Assembly: GCA_041946735.1 (NCBI GenBank) | Contig: JBHGAY010000029.1 | Location: 1-64,000 of the forward strand | Length of the DNA: 64,000 nt | From: Candidatus Eiseniibacteriota bacterium | GTDB taxonomy: Bacteria > Eisenbacteria > RBG-16-71-46 > CAIMUX01 > VGJL01 | Direction of reading: 5' to 3' | Shown: positions 1-9,617 of the stretch, piece after piece | How the letters are laid out: every line of letters starts with the position of its first letter | How positions within the stretch are numbered: the stretch's first letter is position 1 | Translations under genes and position numbers: made by a program | Notes under the pieces: generated by a model | The model's input: the letters and a program-made list of their open reading frames with translations, nothing else | Told to the model about the DNA's origin: nothing | The model's database searches: none

Positions 1-97
1 CTGGGACCTGGGCGGCGGGCTCCTCCGTGCGCGCGGGCAGCGAATCGTCGCGTGCCGCTAGCAGGCCGGCGCCGGGGTGACGGCGGCCTCTGCCCTC

Positions 98-586
98 TTA
101 CCCCTTCATCAGCTCCCGGCACGCCGCCACCGCGAGCTGGTCGCAGCGCTCGTTCTCCGGATGCCCGGCGTGACCGGCCACCCAGTGGAACGTGACCTCC
201 TTCTGCGCGCGCGCCAGGTTGTACAACTCGCGCCAGAGGTCCTCATTCAACACCGGCTTCTTCGCGGCCGTCTTCCACCCGCGGCGGATCCAGTCGTGGA
301 TCCACTCGGTCATCCCCTTGACGACATAGATCGAGTCGCTGTGGACTTCGACGCGCGCCGGCTTCGCGAGCAGCTTCAGTCCCTCGATCACCGCGGTCAG
401 CTCCATCCGGTTGTTGGTCGTCTGGCGCTCGGCGCCGGAGATCTCACGGCGCTTGCCCGTCGCCGGATGGACGAGGATCGCGGCCCATCCTCCGGGCCCC
501 GGATTGCCGCTGCATGCGCCGTCCGTGTAGAGAAGGATCGTCTCACGCGGATCGCGCGGCGCCGCGTCGCTCGAGGAGCCGGCTAT
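98..586 (-). CDS. rnhA: Ribonuclease HI (start uncertain; possibly ATA overlapping the osmC-family stop)
   Basis: Motifs LYTDGACSGNPGPGGW, TTNNRMELTAVIEGL, HSDSIYV, NEDLW and WVAGHAGHPENERCDQLA. No ATG/GTG/TTG lies near the expected N-terminus. Confidence 0.93.
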   Translation of the reverse strand: MAGSSSDAAPRDPRETILLYTDGACSGNPGPGGWAAILVHPATGKRREISGAERQTTNNRMELTAVIEGLKLLAKPARVEVHSDSIYVVKGMTEWIHDWIRRGWKTAAKKPVLNEDLWRELYNLARAQKEVTFHWVAGHAGHPENERCDQLAVAACRELMKG

Positions 587-1011
587 CGCGCTGCCCCGTC
601 TTTCTTGACCCGGATCTCGTAGACGATCGGGATCGCCTTCTTCAGCATGTTGGAGACCGAGCAGTACTTCTCCTCCGAGAGATGGACCGCCTGGCGGATC
701 GCCTCGACGTCGAGGTTTTCGCCTTTCACCTCGTAGGTGACCTTGACGTGCGTGAAGACGCGCGGCTGCTCCTCGCGCCTCTCCCCCGTGACCGTCACCT
801 GGAACGAAGAGATCTTCTGCCGCTTCTTCTGCAGGATGGCGATCGTGTCCATCCCGGTGCATCCGGCGAGACCCATCAGCAGCATCTCGATCGGACGGGG
901 GCCGGTGTCGCCGCCTCCCTGGTCGACCGAGGTGTCCATCTTGATGTCATGACCGGTCGAGAACTTCCCCTCGAATCCCATCCCGCCCGTCCAGCGCGCG
1001 AACGACTGCAT
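583..1011 (-). CDS. OsmC/Ohr (YhfA-like) family protein
   Basis: GPRPIEMLLMGLAGCTGMD and SEEKYCSVSNML, the two-Cys pattern of the family. Confidence 0.9.
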   Translation of the reverse strand: MQSFARWTGGMGFEGKFSTGHDIKMDTSVDQGGGDTGPRPIEMLLMGLAGCTGMDTIAILQKKRQKISSFQVTVTGERREEQPRVFTHVKVTYEVKGENLDVEAIRQAVHLSEEKYCSVSNMLKKAIPIVYEIRVKKDGAAR

Positions 1012-1200
1012 CCAACCCTCCCGCGATCTCCCGGCGGCCTTGCCCCGTCGGCCTTCCGGCAGCGATTGCGCCCTTGGGGAACCGAAGATCAGCCGATACA
1101 GGGTAGCACGGAGATCGCGAAGCGCGGGTTGCGTCGATTGGCGGGACGGAACGGCGCGCGCAGCCGCGCAGCCGCGCAGCCGTCCTCCGCCGCGCCGCCC

Positions 1201-2580
1201 TCAGCGCCCGCGGCCGATCCGCAGGAACTTCAACGCCGTGTCGAGCCAGAGACGCACGTCCTGCCTCTCGACCATGACCATGCGGGACCACGCGACGCCC
1301 GTGCTCCGCTGGAAGAGGATCGCGATCAGGATCGCGTGCCCCGCGTAGCCGGCCGTGCTCGCCGCGGCGGCGCCGAGCGCTCCGTAGCGCGGAATCCAGA
1401 GGAAGCAGAATGCGACGTTCGCCACGAGGCCGGCGAACGAGGCGGCGCCGGTCCATGCCGGCTTCCCCTTCTGCTGCAGCAGGTAGAGCGAGAGCGGAGT
1501 GGCGAAGGCGAGGATGACCGTCCCCGGCAGGAGCACCCACAAGGGTCCGACCGAACCACGGAAGTCGCTCCCGAACAGCAGCGGGACGACGAACGGGGCG
1601 AGCGCGGCCGCGGCCACCGCGCCGATCAGGACGAGGACGACGCCGTTGCCGGAGGCGCGCCTCGCAAGGCGTCCGACCGACTCGCCCTCCCCGGCGGCGA
1701 AGCGGCGGTTCAGCGAGACGTTCATGGCGCGCGGGACGTTGAGCAGCACCTCGGCGATCAGCACCGCGACCGAATAGAGCCCGACCTCGGCCGCGTCGCG
1801 ATAGGCCGCCAGCACGAACCCCTCGATCCGCATCACGAGCACCCAGATCAGCGTCGCCGCCCAAGCAGGAAGGCCGAACGCGAACGCCGCCCGGATCGTC
1901 GGCCCAAGCTCCTCGAGCCGGAAGCGCGGCGGAGCCATCCGGAACGCCCACGCGAGCGTTCCCAGCCCGCCGAGCGCTTGCAGCGCCGCCCACGCGAGGA
2001 CCGCCTGCTCGACCGTCCCGTGCATCGGAACGAGCAGGACGAACGCGACCGCGGTCCACACGATCGTCGGAAGCGCGTAGGCAAGGTTGTACGCGCGGAT
2101 GCGGCCGAGGGCCATGAAGATCCCGGAAAGGTCCCCGCGAAGGAGGCTCGGCAGCACCAGGATCGCCGCCGCCGCGACCATCCCGCTCGTCAAGGGGATC
2201 GTGCCGGCGTAGCGCGGGAGCAGCAGCCACACCGCGAGCCCGCACACGACGCCGGCGGCAAGCGCCACGATCGTCACCGCCGCCGCGACCTCGCCCTTGC
2301 CGTGCCGCCCCTTCCCGATCAGCTGGATCGACGCGGCCGGCATCCCGAGCAAGCCGATCTGCGCGGCGACGAACACGGCGTAGTTGATGAGGGAGAGGAT
2401 CCCCTTGCCGGTCGGCCCGAGCGCGCGCGCGACGATCACGTTCGTCACGGCTCCGGCGAACAAGGCGACGACGTTGTACGCGAGGGTCGCGGCCGCCTCG
2501 GACTGGACCGTCCGTCCCCCGGCCTGCCCGGCGCCGGGCCGGCCTGCTCCGCGCTCCGGCCCGCGGCTTCCGGCGTTCAC
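1201..2580 (-). CDS. Polysaccharide/oligosaccharide flippase (Wzx-like, MOP superfamily)
   Basis: Many TM segments, IVARALGPTGKG, AEVGLYSVA and WIPRYGALGAAAAST. Confidence 0.8.
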   Translation of the reverse strand: MNAGSRGPERGAGRPGAGQAGGRTVQSEAAATLAYNVVALFAGAVTNVIVARALGPTGKGILSLINYAVFVAAQIGLLGMPAASIQLIGKGRHGKGEVAAAVTIVALAAGVVCGLAVWLLLPRYAGTIPLTSGMVAAAAILVLPSLLRGDLSGIFMALGRIRAYNLAYALPTIVWTAVAFVLLVPMHGTVEQAVLAWAALQALGGLGTLAWAFRMAPPRFRLEELGPTIRAAFAFGLPAWAATLIWVLVMRIEGFVLAAYRDAAEVGLYSVAVLIAEVLLNVPRAMNVSLNRRFAAGEGESVGRLARRASGNGVVLVLIGAVAAAALAPFVVPLLFGSDFRGSVGPLWVLLPGTVILAFATPLSLYLLQQKGKPAWTGAASFAGLVANVAFCFLWIPRYGALGAAAASTAGYAGHAILIAILFQRSTGVAWSRMVMVERQDVRLWLDTALKFLRIGRGR

Positions 2581-2676
2581 CGTCCTCTCGCTTGCTCTCG
2601 ATCGCTTGGAAGGACGATACGACGGCGATGCCCGGCAGCCGGTCCGAGCTGGGCGACGTCGGGCGGCGCGACCATG

Positions 2677-3921
2677 TCAGGCGCCGCCGGAGCCCATCGA
2701 CCGGAGGACGCCGAGCCCGCCGCTGATCGACGCCGCGAGCGCCCAGAGGCAGGCGAACAGGAGCCCCGTGAGCACGATCGCCCCGATGCTCGCGAAGTGG
2801 CTCGTCCCTTGCACCCGCGCGTACCCGCGGACCGCCAGCACGATCTCCCAGATGCCGGCGATCAGCCGGCCGCAGAAGGGCAGCAGCACCAGCGCGCCGA
2901 CCGCCGAGACGTAGTTCGTCACCCGGAACGTGGAGGCGAAGTCGCGCCGCACCCCGGCTGGTCCGCTGAAGACACGCAGGAACATGTGGACGACGCCGGA
3001 GGCGACGAATGTCAAAGCCGGATAGAGCAGGATGAAGACGCCGCGAATGTACAGGTTCTCTCGGAACGACGTGGCCAGGTCGCCCCGGAAGATTTCGGGG
3101 AGGTCGGATTGCACGCTCTGCATCGCCGGTCCGAAGAGGCGTAACGCCACGAAGTCGTAGAACGAGTCGATGATGCCGGTGAACACGGCCATGAGGATTC
3201 CGAAGACGAGGGCGGGGAGCATGGCGTTGCCGCGCGCGATGGCGCGGAAGAACTCCTCCGGATTCCGGAGGGAAAGCGAGACCGTCCCGGCCAGGCCGCG
3301 CAGGAAGCCAACTCGATCCATCTCCTCCCACGGGAGCTTCGGGCCTTCCCCGGCCTCCCAGGCTGGCCCGGGCGCGATCCACGCCGGAGGGCCGTGGGGG
3401 GACGCGCCCCGAGGCGCTCCTAGAGGCTCTCCTCCCTGCGCTCCCTGCCGCGGCTCCGCGGGCTCTCCGTACGGCCCTTCCCCTTCCTCGGATCCGCCCC
3501 CACGATGGCCGGGACTCGGTCGTCCCTCCTGTCCGTAGGGGATCCAGGGACGGGTCGCCTGCGGAGGCTCGCCCGGCTCCTGCTCGCCCTCATGCTCCCG
3601 CTCGCCCGCGGCCTCGCGCTCGCGCTCCTGCTCGCCCTCGCCCTGCTCAGCCTTGCCGGCGCTCTCGGCTGCCGCGTCGCCGCCCTCCCGCGGTGCCACC
3701 ACCCCTTCGGGCCGCCGCACCGGCTCGGGCCGCGGCGGCAGCGACCCTCGCGGCGCCCAGGAGCGGAAGAACTGCAGCTCGATCGCCGGCTTCCATGTTC
3801 CCGACGTCAGGACGTCGCTCTGGACGAGGTCGTTCGCGACGATCTTCCCTTCCTGCACCTCGCGAATGAACTGCTCGTAAGAGAGCGCTCGCTCTTCGCC
3901 GTCCTGTCGAACCCGGATCAT
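2677..3921 (-). CDS. Membrane protein: small N-terminal domain, Pro/Glu-rich linker, C-terminal YIP1-like domain
   Basis: LPWE..GFL...T...L..PEEFF is followed by about 5 TM helices, with a low-complexity linker before it. Confidence 0.65.
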   Translation of the reverse strand: MIRVRQDGEERALSYEQFIREVQEGKIVANDLVQSDVLTSGTWKPAIELQFFRSWAPRGSLPPRPEPVRRPEGVVAPREGGDAAAESAGKAEQGEGEQEREREAAGEREHEGEQEPGEPPQATRPWIPYGQEGRPSPGHRGGGSEEGEGPYGEPAEPRQGAQGGEPLGAPRGASPHGPPAWIAPGPAWEAGEGPKLPWEEMDRVGFLRGLAGTVSLSLRNPEEFFRAIARGNAMLPALVFGILMAVFTGIIDSFYDFVALRLFGPAMQSVQSDLPEIFRGDLATSFRENLYIRGVFILLYPALTFVASGVVHMFLRVFSGPAGVRRDFASTFRVTNYVSAVGALVLLPFCGRLIAGIWEIVLAVRGYARVQGTSHFASIGAIVLTGLLFACLWALAASISGGLGVLRSMGSGGA

Positions 3922-4000
3922 CTTCCCCCCTCCCGCTGCGAGGCCAGCACGAGCGTGACTATGCTATGCTGCGGCCTCGGAGGGCCGCAAGGAAGCGAGA

Positions 4001-4411
4001 ATGACGTTTCAGGAATCGATCCAGGTCCGCAGTTCGCGCAGGCGCGAGCTGGTGGACTTGACCGACAAGATCCGGCAGATCGTCCAGAAGAGCGGGGTGA
4101 AGACCGGCTTCTGCCACGTTTTCGTCACCGGGTCGACCGCCTCGATCATCGTCAACGAGAACGACGACCCGCAGCTTCTCGAGGACTTCCTCGACGCGAT
4201 GGAGCGGCTCATCCCGGACGGCCGCTGGCGTCACGACCGGATCGACAACAACGGCTCCGCCCACATCAAGTCGGCGGCGGTCGGCCCGGCCGAGATCGTC
4301 CCGATCCAAGGGGGCGACATCCACCTCGGCCGCTGGCAGAACATCTTCCTCTGCGAGTTCGACGGTCCACGCGCCTCTCGCCAGGTGCTGGTCACCGTCG
4401 TCGGCGAGTGA
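4001..4411 (+). CDS. yjbQ: YjbQ/UPF0047 family protein
   Basis: TASIIVNENDDP, HDRIDNNGSAHIKS and LGRWQNIFLCEFDGPR. Confidence 0.9.
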   Translation: MTFQESIQVRSSRRRELVDLTDKIRQIVQKSGVKTGFCHVFVTGSTASIIVNENDDPQLLEDFLDAMERLIPDGRWRHDRIDNNGSAHIKSAAVGPAEIVPIQGGDIHLGRWQNIFLCEFDGPRASRQVLVTVVGE

Positions 4412-4446
4412 CCCGGGTTCGTTGGGGATCGCCACACGCCACCGCC

Positions 4447-4493
4447 ATGAGCTTCTGATGAGCTTCCGATGAGCCTTCGACGATGAGCCTTCG
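4447..4493 (+). repeat. Four tandem 11-14 bp ATGAGC-initiated repeats forming three overlapping mini-ORFs (MSF*, MSFR*, MSLRR*)
   Basis: atgagcttctg / atgagcttccg / atgagccttcgacg / atgagccttcg, read directly. Confidence 0.85.
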
Positions 4494-4833
4494 ATGGACC
4501 CGAGAACTTCTTCGCCTGCTCGAGGAGTGCGAGGTCACGCCGTACAAGTCCTCCGGGCCCGGCGGGCAGAAGAAGAACAAGACCGAGTCGTCCGTGCGCG
4601 TCCGGCATCGCCCGACCGGGATCGTCCGGATCGCGACGGAGAGCCGCAGCCAGTCGGCGAACAAACTTCGGGCTGTGGCCCGGATCGCCGAAGCGCTCGA
4701 GGCACGGTCGCGCAAGCGCGCCCCCCGCATTCCGACCAAGCCGACGGCCGCCTCCGAGCAGCGGCGGCTTTCCGAGAAGCGCCGCCGAGCCGCCTCGAAG
4801 GCCGGCCGGGCGGCGGTGACACCAGAGGATTGA
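4483..4833 (+). CDS. arfB: GGQ peptidyl-tRNA hydrolase, ArfB/YaeJ-like ribosome rescue factor
   Basis: SSGPGGQKKNKTESSVR, RSQSANK and a basic C-terminal tail RIPTKPTAASEQRRLSEKRRR. Confidence 0.75.
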   Translation: MSLRWTRELLRLLEECEVTPYKSSGPGGQKKNKTESSVRVRHRPTGIVRIATESRSQSANKLRAVARIAEALEARSRKRAPRIPTKPTAASEQRRLSEKRRRAASKAGRAAVTPED

Positions 4834-4893
4834 CCGCCGAAAAATCCGATATCCGCTCTTGCAGCGACGCTGGCGCCGGGTTATCAGTGTCGC

Positions 4894-5862
4894 ATGATCA
4901 CATCAGCCACCGACTTCTACCTAAATCTGGACCGCTGGGAGAACTTGTCGGCCGTCGAGCGGCAGAGAGGACGGTGGGAGGAGCGCATGCGCCTTCCATC
5001 CCAGCGCCTCGAGCCCGTTCGGCGCGAAGCGATGTTTGCAGTCGCCTGGGCGATGGGGCATCCCGAGAGGCCGCCCGATCCCCACAAGCAGGAGGCCATT
5101 CTCTCCGGCGTCCTCGCCCCCAACGAGGACCCGGGGACCATCCGGGCATGGCGGTACGCGAGGGCCATGCAGTTCGTGCAGGGCTGGTACGGTCCCTTTC
5201 CGTGGAACGGTCAGGGCGCGGAGCACCTGCTCCGGATCCTGGAGGGACGTCGCGCACCGGCCGAGCCGCGCGAGGATCACCTGTTCCTCGAGGTGAAGCA
5301 GCGAAGCGCCGAAGCGGCTCAGGCTTTGGCGCGCGTGCCGTTGCTCGAGATCGCCGCCTACGGGGGAGCGATTCCCGATCCTGCGGCGGCCGATCTCGAA
5401 TCGGTGGAGATGCAGCTGCTCCTGCTCGGAATGCGCCTGCTCCTGCTGAAGCACGGCTACGTGCAGGCGCTGTTCGCTCCGATCGAGGCCGTCTGGCGGG
5501 ACGGGCAGCCTCCCTCCCGCGCGGCGTTCCTCGGAAGGCGTGGGCCCGGACACCCGGGACCCGAGCCGGCGCCGGAGGAGGAGCTGGGCGCTTCCCTGGA
5601 TCGCTGGACGGAGATCCTCTACCGGGCGGGATGCCGGGCCGAGGAGGCATGGCAGAAGCTCGAGGCGATCGTTCCCCGGTCCGCCCTGCAGGAGGCGATC
5701 CTGACCGCCGCCTTCCGGAATGGCCGGATCACGGCCGGCGACGTGCTGAGGCTCACCGGAGCGAACCGGAACACCGTGAAGGACAACCTGACCCGTCTCG
5801 TGAAGTCGGGCCTGCTGAAGAAGCGGGGAGAGAAGCGCGGGACGGTCTACGTCCCTGCCTGA
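4894..5862 (+). CDS. Degenerate Fic-like protein with C-terminal winged HTH
   Basis: C-terminal GRITAGDVLRLTGANRNTVKDNLTRLVKSGLL..GTVY and LLLLKHGY resemble Fic-wHTH proteins. No HPFxxGNGR motif. Confidence 0.55.
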   Translation: MITSATDFYLNLDRWENLSAVERQRGRWEERMRLPSQRLEPVRREAMFAVAWAMGHPERPPDPHKQEAILSGVLAPNEDPGTIRAWRYARAMQFVQGWYGPFPWNGQGAEHLLRILEGRRAPAEPREDHLFLEVKQRSAEAAQALARVPLLEIAAYGGAIPDPAAADLESVEMQLLLLGMRLLLLKHGYVQALFAPIEAVWRDGQPPSRAAFLGRRGPGHPGPEPAPEEELGASLDRWTEILYRAGCRAEEAWQKLEAIVPRSALQEAILTAAFRNGRITAGDVLRLTGANRNTVKDNLTRLVKSGLLKKRGEKRGTVYVPA

Positions 5863-5905
5863 ACACCGCCCGCTCCAGACGGCGACGTTTCGACCATCCT
5901 CGGAG

Positions 5906-7591
5906 GTGACCGTGCGCGAGGGGACCATCGACTGGACCCTGAAGAGGATCGCCGGTGTCGAGCCGCCGCGCGGCCCGCTGCTCCTGATCGTCATGGACGG
6001 GATCGGCGTCGGCCGCGGCGACGAGGGTGACGCGGTCGCCGCCGCCCGCACGCCGAACCTCGATGCGCTGCGCGGCGGGTTCCCCTGGCGGACCCTGCGC
6101 GCCCATGGCACGGCGGTCGGCCTTCCCGACGACGGCGACATGGGGAACTCCGAGGTGGGCCACAACGCCCTCGGCGCCGGGCGCGTCTACGACCAGGGGG
6201 CGAAGCTGGTCAACCGCGCGATCGCGGACGGGTCGCTCTTCTCCGGCGCGGTCTGGAAGGAGATCGTCGAGCGGTGCCGCACGCGCGGGAGCGCGCTGCA
6301 TCTGATCGGCCTGCTTTCCGACGGGAACGTCCACTCCCACATCGACCAGCTCTTCGCGCTGATTCGCGAGGCGGCACGCTCCGGGCTCCACGAGGTCTAC
6401 GTCCACATCCTGCTGGATGGCCGGGACGTGCCGGAGACGTCCGCCCTCACCTACGTCGACCGGCTCGAGGCGCTGCTTGCCACGTACGACGACACTCCCG
6501 GATTCCGTTACCGGATCGCGTCGGGCGGCGGTCGCATGGTGACGACGATGGATCGCTACGAGGCCGACTGGCGGATCGTGCAGCGGGGATGGGAGGCGCA
6601 CGTCCACGGCAACGCGCGCGGCTTCCCGTCGGCGCGGGAAGCGATCGAGACCTACCGCGCGGAGACTCCCGGCATCATCGATCAGTTCCTGCCGCCGTTC
6701 GTCGTCACCGGTCCCGACGGCAAGCCGGTCGCGACGATCGACGATGGCGACTGCGTCGTCTTCTTCAACTTCCGCGGCGATCGCGCGATCGAGATCAGCC
6801 GCGCCTTCGAGCAGGAGGAGTTCCGGCACTTCGATCGCGGGCGGCGCCCCGGCGTCCTCTATGCGGGGATGATGCAGTACGACGGGGACTTCGAGATCCC
6901 GAAGCGATTCCTCGTTTCGCCTCCCGCCATCGACAGGACGATGGGGGAGTATCTCGCGAGGAACGGCATCGCGCAGCTCGCGTGCAGCGAGACGCAGAAG
7001 TACGGCCATGTGACCTACTTCTGGAATGGCAACCGTGGGGGCAAGTTCGACGACGCGAAGGAGACCTATATCGAGGTGCCGTCCGACCGGGTGCCGTTCG
7101 AGCAGCGTCCGTGGATGAAGGCGGCCGAGATCGTCGACACCGTCGCCGCCGAGATGGAAAAGGGTCTCTACCGCTTCGCCCGGCTGAACTTCGCCAACGG
7201 CGACATGGTCGGGCATACCGGCGTCTTCGAGCCGACCGTGGTCGCCGTGGAGTCGGTCGATCTGTGCCTCGGGCGCCTGCTCGCGGCGATCGCGCGGCTC
7301 GACGGGGTGGCGGTCGTCACGGCCGACCATGGCAACGCCGACGACATGTGCGAACGCGACAAGAAAGGGACGATCGAACGAGACCCGTCGACCGGACGTC
7401 CGAAGCCGCGGACCAGCCACAGCCTGAACCCGGTCCCGTTCGCCATCTACGCGCCCGGCCCCGCCGGTCCGTCTCGCTACCGTCTCCGGCAGGATCTCCC
7501 GGCCGCCGGCCTCGCCAACGTGGCCGCCACGCTGCTGCAGATCCTCGGCTACGAAGCGCCCGAGGGCTACGAGCCGAGCCTGCTCGCATGA
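5906..7591 (+). CDS. gpmI: 2,3-bisphosphoglycerate-independent phosphoglycerate mutase
   Basis: MGNSEVGHNALGAGR, LSDGNVHSH, LDGRD, FNFRGDRA, NGDMVGHTG and TADHGNA. GTG start with GGAG upstream. Confidence 0.96.
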   Translation: MTVREGTIDWTLKRIAGVEPPRGPLLLIVMDGIGVGRGDEGDAVAAARTPNLDALRGGFPWRTLRAHGTAVGLPDDGDMGNSEVGHNALGAGRVYDQGAKLVNRAIADGSLFSGAVWKEIVERCRTRGSALHLIGLLSDGNVHSHIDQLFALIREAARSGLHEVYVHILLDGRDVPETSALTYVDRLEALLATYDDTPGFRYRIASGGGRMVTTMDRYEADWRIVQRGWEAHVHGNARGFPSAREAIETYRAETPGIIDQFLPPFVVTGPDGKPVATIDDGDCVVFFNFRGDRAIEISRAFEQEEFRHFDRGRRPGVLYAGMMQYDGDFEIPKRFLVSPPAIDRTMGEYLARNGIAQLACSETQKYGHVTYFWNGNRGGKFDDAKETYIEVPSDRVPFEQRPWMKAAEIVDTVAAEMEKGLYRFARLNFANGDMVGHTGVFEPTVVAVESVDLCLGRLLAAIARLDGVAVVTADHGNADDMCERDKKGTIERDPSTGRPKPRTSHSLNPVPFAIYAPGPAGPSRYRLRQDLPAAGLANVAATLLQILGYEAPEGYEPSLLA

Positions 7592-8925
7592 GCGGCGGGA
7601 CGATCCTCGACCAGGCTCCCGCCGCGCCGGTCGCGAAGCCTGCCCCCTCCCCACTCGTGCCACTCCCGGCTTCCGTCGAGATCGCCGTGCTCGGCGGCGG
7701 GGCCGCGGGCCTCGCTTGCGCGCGGCATCTCGCCCGCTCCGGCCGCGACGTCCATCTCTTCGAGGCCGAGCCGGAGGTGGGCGGACGGATGCGGACGATC
7801 ATCGATCGAGACCGCTTCCATCTCGACGCAGGCTTCCACGTCTTGTTGACCGGATACCCGGCCGTCCGGCGGGACCTGGACCTCGCCTCGCTCCGCGTGC
7901 GCCCCTTCGAGCCGGGCGCGATCGTCGCGGCCCGCGGACATTTCCACCCGCTTCCCGACCCGTTCCGCAACGGCGGCTGGCTGGACGCGCTGCGCTTTCC
8001 GTTCGCGTCGATGGGCGACAAGATGCGCTTCGCCGGCTATCGCAGGCGTGTGGCATCCCTGTCCGACGAGGAGATCGCCCGCAGTCCCGACCGCTCGACC
8101 CGCGAACACCTGCGCGAGATCGGGCTCTCGGACGGCTTCGTCGATTCGTTCTTCGTGCCGTTCTTCGGCGGCGTCTTCCTCGACCCGTCGCTCGGCGCGT
8201 CGTCCCGCTATTTCCAGAGCATCCTGCGCGCCTTCTCCAACGGCGACGCGGGGATCCCCGCCGATGGGATCGGCGCGGTGCCCCGGCAGATCGCGGCCGG
8301 CATCCCGCCCGATCGGATCCACACGGCGGTGCGGGCCGATTCGCTGATCATCGAGCAGGAGCGCGTGTGCGGGTTCGTGGCGGGAGAGCGGCAGGTGCGC
8401 GCAGAGAAGGTGGTGGTCGCCTGCTCGCCGGCGGAGTCGGCGCGTCTGACCGGCCTCGCCTTTCCGCCGCTTCGCGCGCTTGGCGTGAGCGTCGTCTATT
8501 TCGCGGCTCCGCGTCCGCCGACCGGCGAGAAGCGACTGTTCCTGCGCGGCGATCCGGAGGGATGGACGAACCAGTTCGCAGTCCTCACGAATGTCGCGCC
8601 GGAGCTCGCGCCCGAGGGGCAGCATCTGCTCGCCGGCGTGATCCTCGGAGCCCCGGATCTCCATGGCGGCGCGCTCTCCGAGAAGGTCCGAGGCGAGATG
8701 GCCGCCTGGTTCCCGCACTGCGGCACCCATCTGTGGCGCTGGCTGCGGACTGTGAAGATCCCGGAGGCGCAGTGGGCGCTCGAGCCCGGGCTGGGCCAGG
8801 ACCTTCCCGAAGTGCGCACGACCATTCCGGGACTGTTCCTCGCCGGCGATTACACGCGGGAGCCGAGCCTTGCCGGCGCGCTCGAGTCAGGGCGCGAGGC
8901 GGCGGACGCCGTGCTGGGCGGATAG
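7588..8925 (+). CDS. FAD-dependent oxidoreductase (flavin amine oxidase family)
   Basis: IAVLGGGAAGL...FEAEPEVGGRMRT, LDAGFHVL and LFLAGDYT..PSLAGALESG. ATGA overlap with gpmI. Confidence 0.85.
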   Translation: MSGGTILDQAPAAPVAKPAPSPLVPLPASVEIAVLGGGAAGLACARHLARSGRDVHLFEAEPEVGGRMRTIIDRDRFHLDAGFHVLLTGYPAVRRDLDLASLRVRPFEPGAIVAARGHFHPLPDPFRNGGWLDALRFPFASMGDKMRFAGYRRRVASLSDEEIARSPDRSTREHLREIGLSDGFVDSFFVPFFGGVFLDPSLGASSRYFQSILRAFSNGDAGIPADGIGAVPRQIAAGIPPDRIHTAVRADSLIIEQERVCGFVAGERQVRAEKVVVACSPAESARLTGLAFPPLRALGVSVVYFAAPRPPTGEKRLFLRGDPEGWTNQFAVLTNVAPELAPEGQHLLAGVILGAPDLHGGALSEKVRGEMAAWFPHCGTHLWRWLRTVKIPEAQWALEPGLGQDLPEVRTTIPGLFLAGDYTREPSLAGALESGREAADAVLGG

Positions 8926-8946
8926 GACGAGGTCGCGCGCATCGCC

Positions 8947-9537
8947 ATGGGGAAGAACCGGCTCGAGGCGTTCAGCGACGGCGTCATCGCCATCCTCATC
9001 ACGATCATGGTCCTCGAGCTGAAGGCGCCGCATGGCACGGGCGCGCAGGTCTGGATCCCGCAGCTCCCCGTCTTCGTTTGCTACGTGCTGAGCTTCCTCT
9101 ATCTGGGCATCTACTGGAACAACCACCACCACATGTTCCACCTGGCCCACCGGGCGACCGGCGGGATGCTCTGGGCGAACCTGCACCTGCTCTTCTGGCT
9201 CTCGCTCGTGCCGGTCACGACCAGCTGGATGGGTGACAACGGCTTCGCGCCTCTGCCGACGGCGCTCTATGGAGTCGTCCTGCTGCTCGCCGCCGTCGCC
9301 TACGTCGTGCTCCAGCAGACGATCATCGCCTCGCAGGGACCCGGATCCGCTCTCCGCAAGGCGGTCGGCCGCGACTGGAAGGGCAAGCTCTCGATGACCC
9401 TTTACGCGACTGCGATTCCTCTGGCCTTCTGGCGACCCTGGATTTCCCTCGGCATCTACTTCGTCGTGGCGATGATCTGGCTCATTCCCGATCGCCGGAT
9501 CGAGAGAAGCCTGCATGCGGAGGCCGCCGGGGACTAG
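8947..9537 (+). CDS. TMEM175-family potassium channel
   Basis: RLEAFSDGVIAILITIMVLE and YWNNHHH signature. Confidence 0.92.
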   Translation: MGKNRLEAFSDGVIAILITIMVLELKAPHGTGAQVWIPQLPVFVCYVLSFLYLGIYWNNHHHMFHLAHRATGGMLWANLHLLFWLSLVPVTTSWMGDNGFAPLPTALYGVVLLLAAVAYVVLQQTIIASQGPGSALRKAVGRDWKGKLSMTLYATAIPLAFWRPWISLGIYFVVAMIWLIPDRRIERSLHAEAAGD

Positions 9538-9617
9538 GCGCGCGCCTGGTGGTATCCTTCCCTCGCTTCTCTAGGGGCGATCGATCGTTGGCGCGAGGCT
9601 CACCACGGAGGTAACAA

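Noticed and set aside
514..3382. Very long Arg/Pro-rich ORFs (514-3144 +, 947-3382 -; likewise 25527-28259, 30704-33517, 33268-36396)
   Set aside because: Antisense or alternate-frame shadows of real genes, expected at this GC content.
5185..5220. GPFPWNGQG as the Fic catalytic motif
   Set aside because: It lacks the His and Arg residues and lies far N-terminal of the expected position.
6274..7587. Apparent N-terminal extensions of the oxidoreductase (also glnS from 11862, MTase from 47776, acr3 from 53408)
   Set aside because: They overlap upstream genes out of frame. True starts with an RBS or stop overlap lie downstream.
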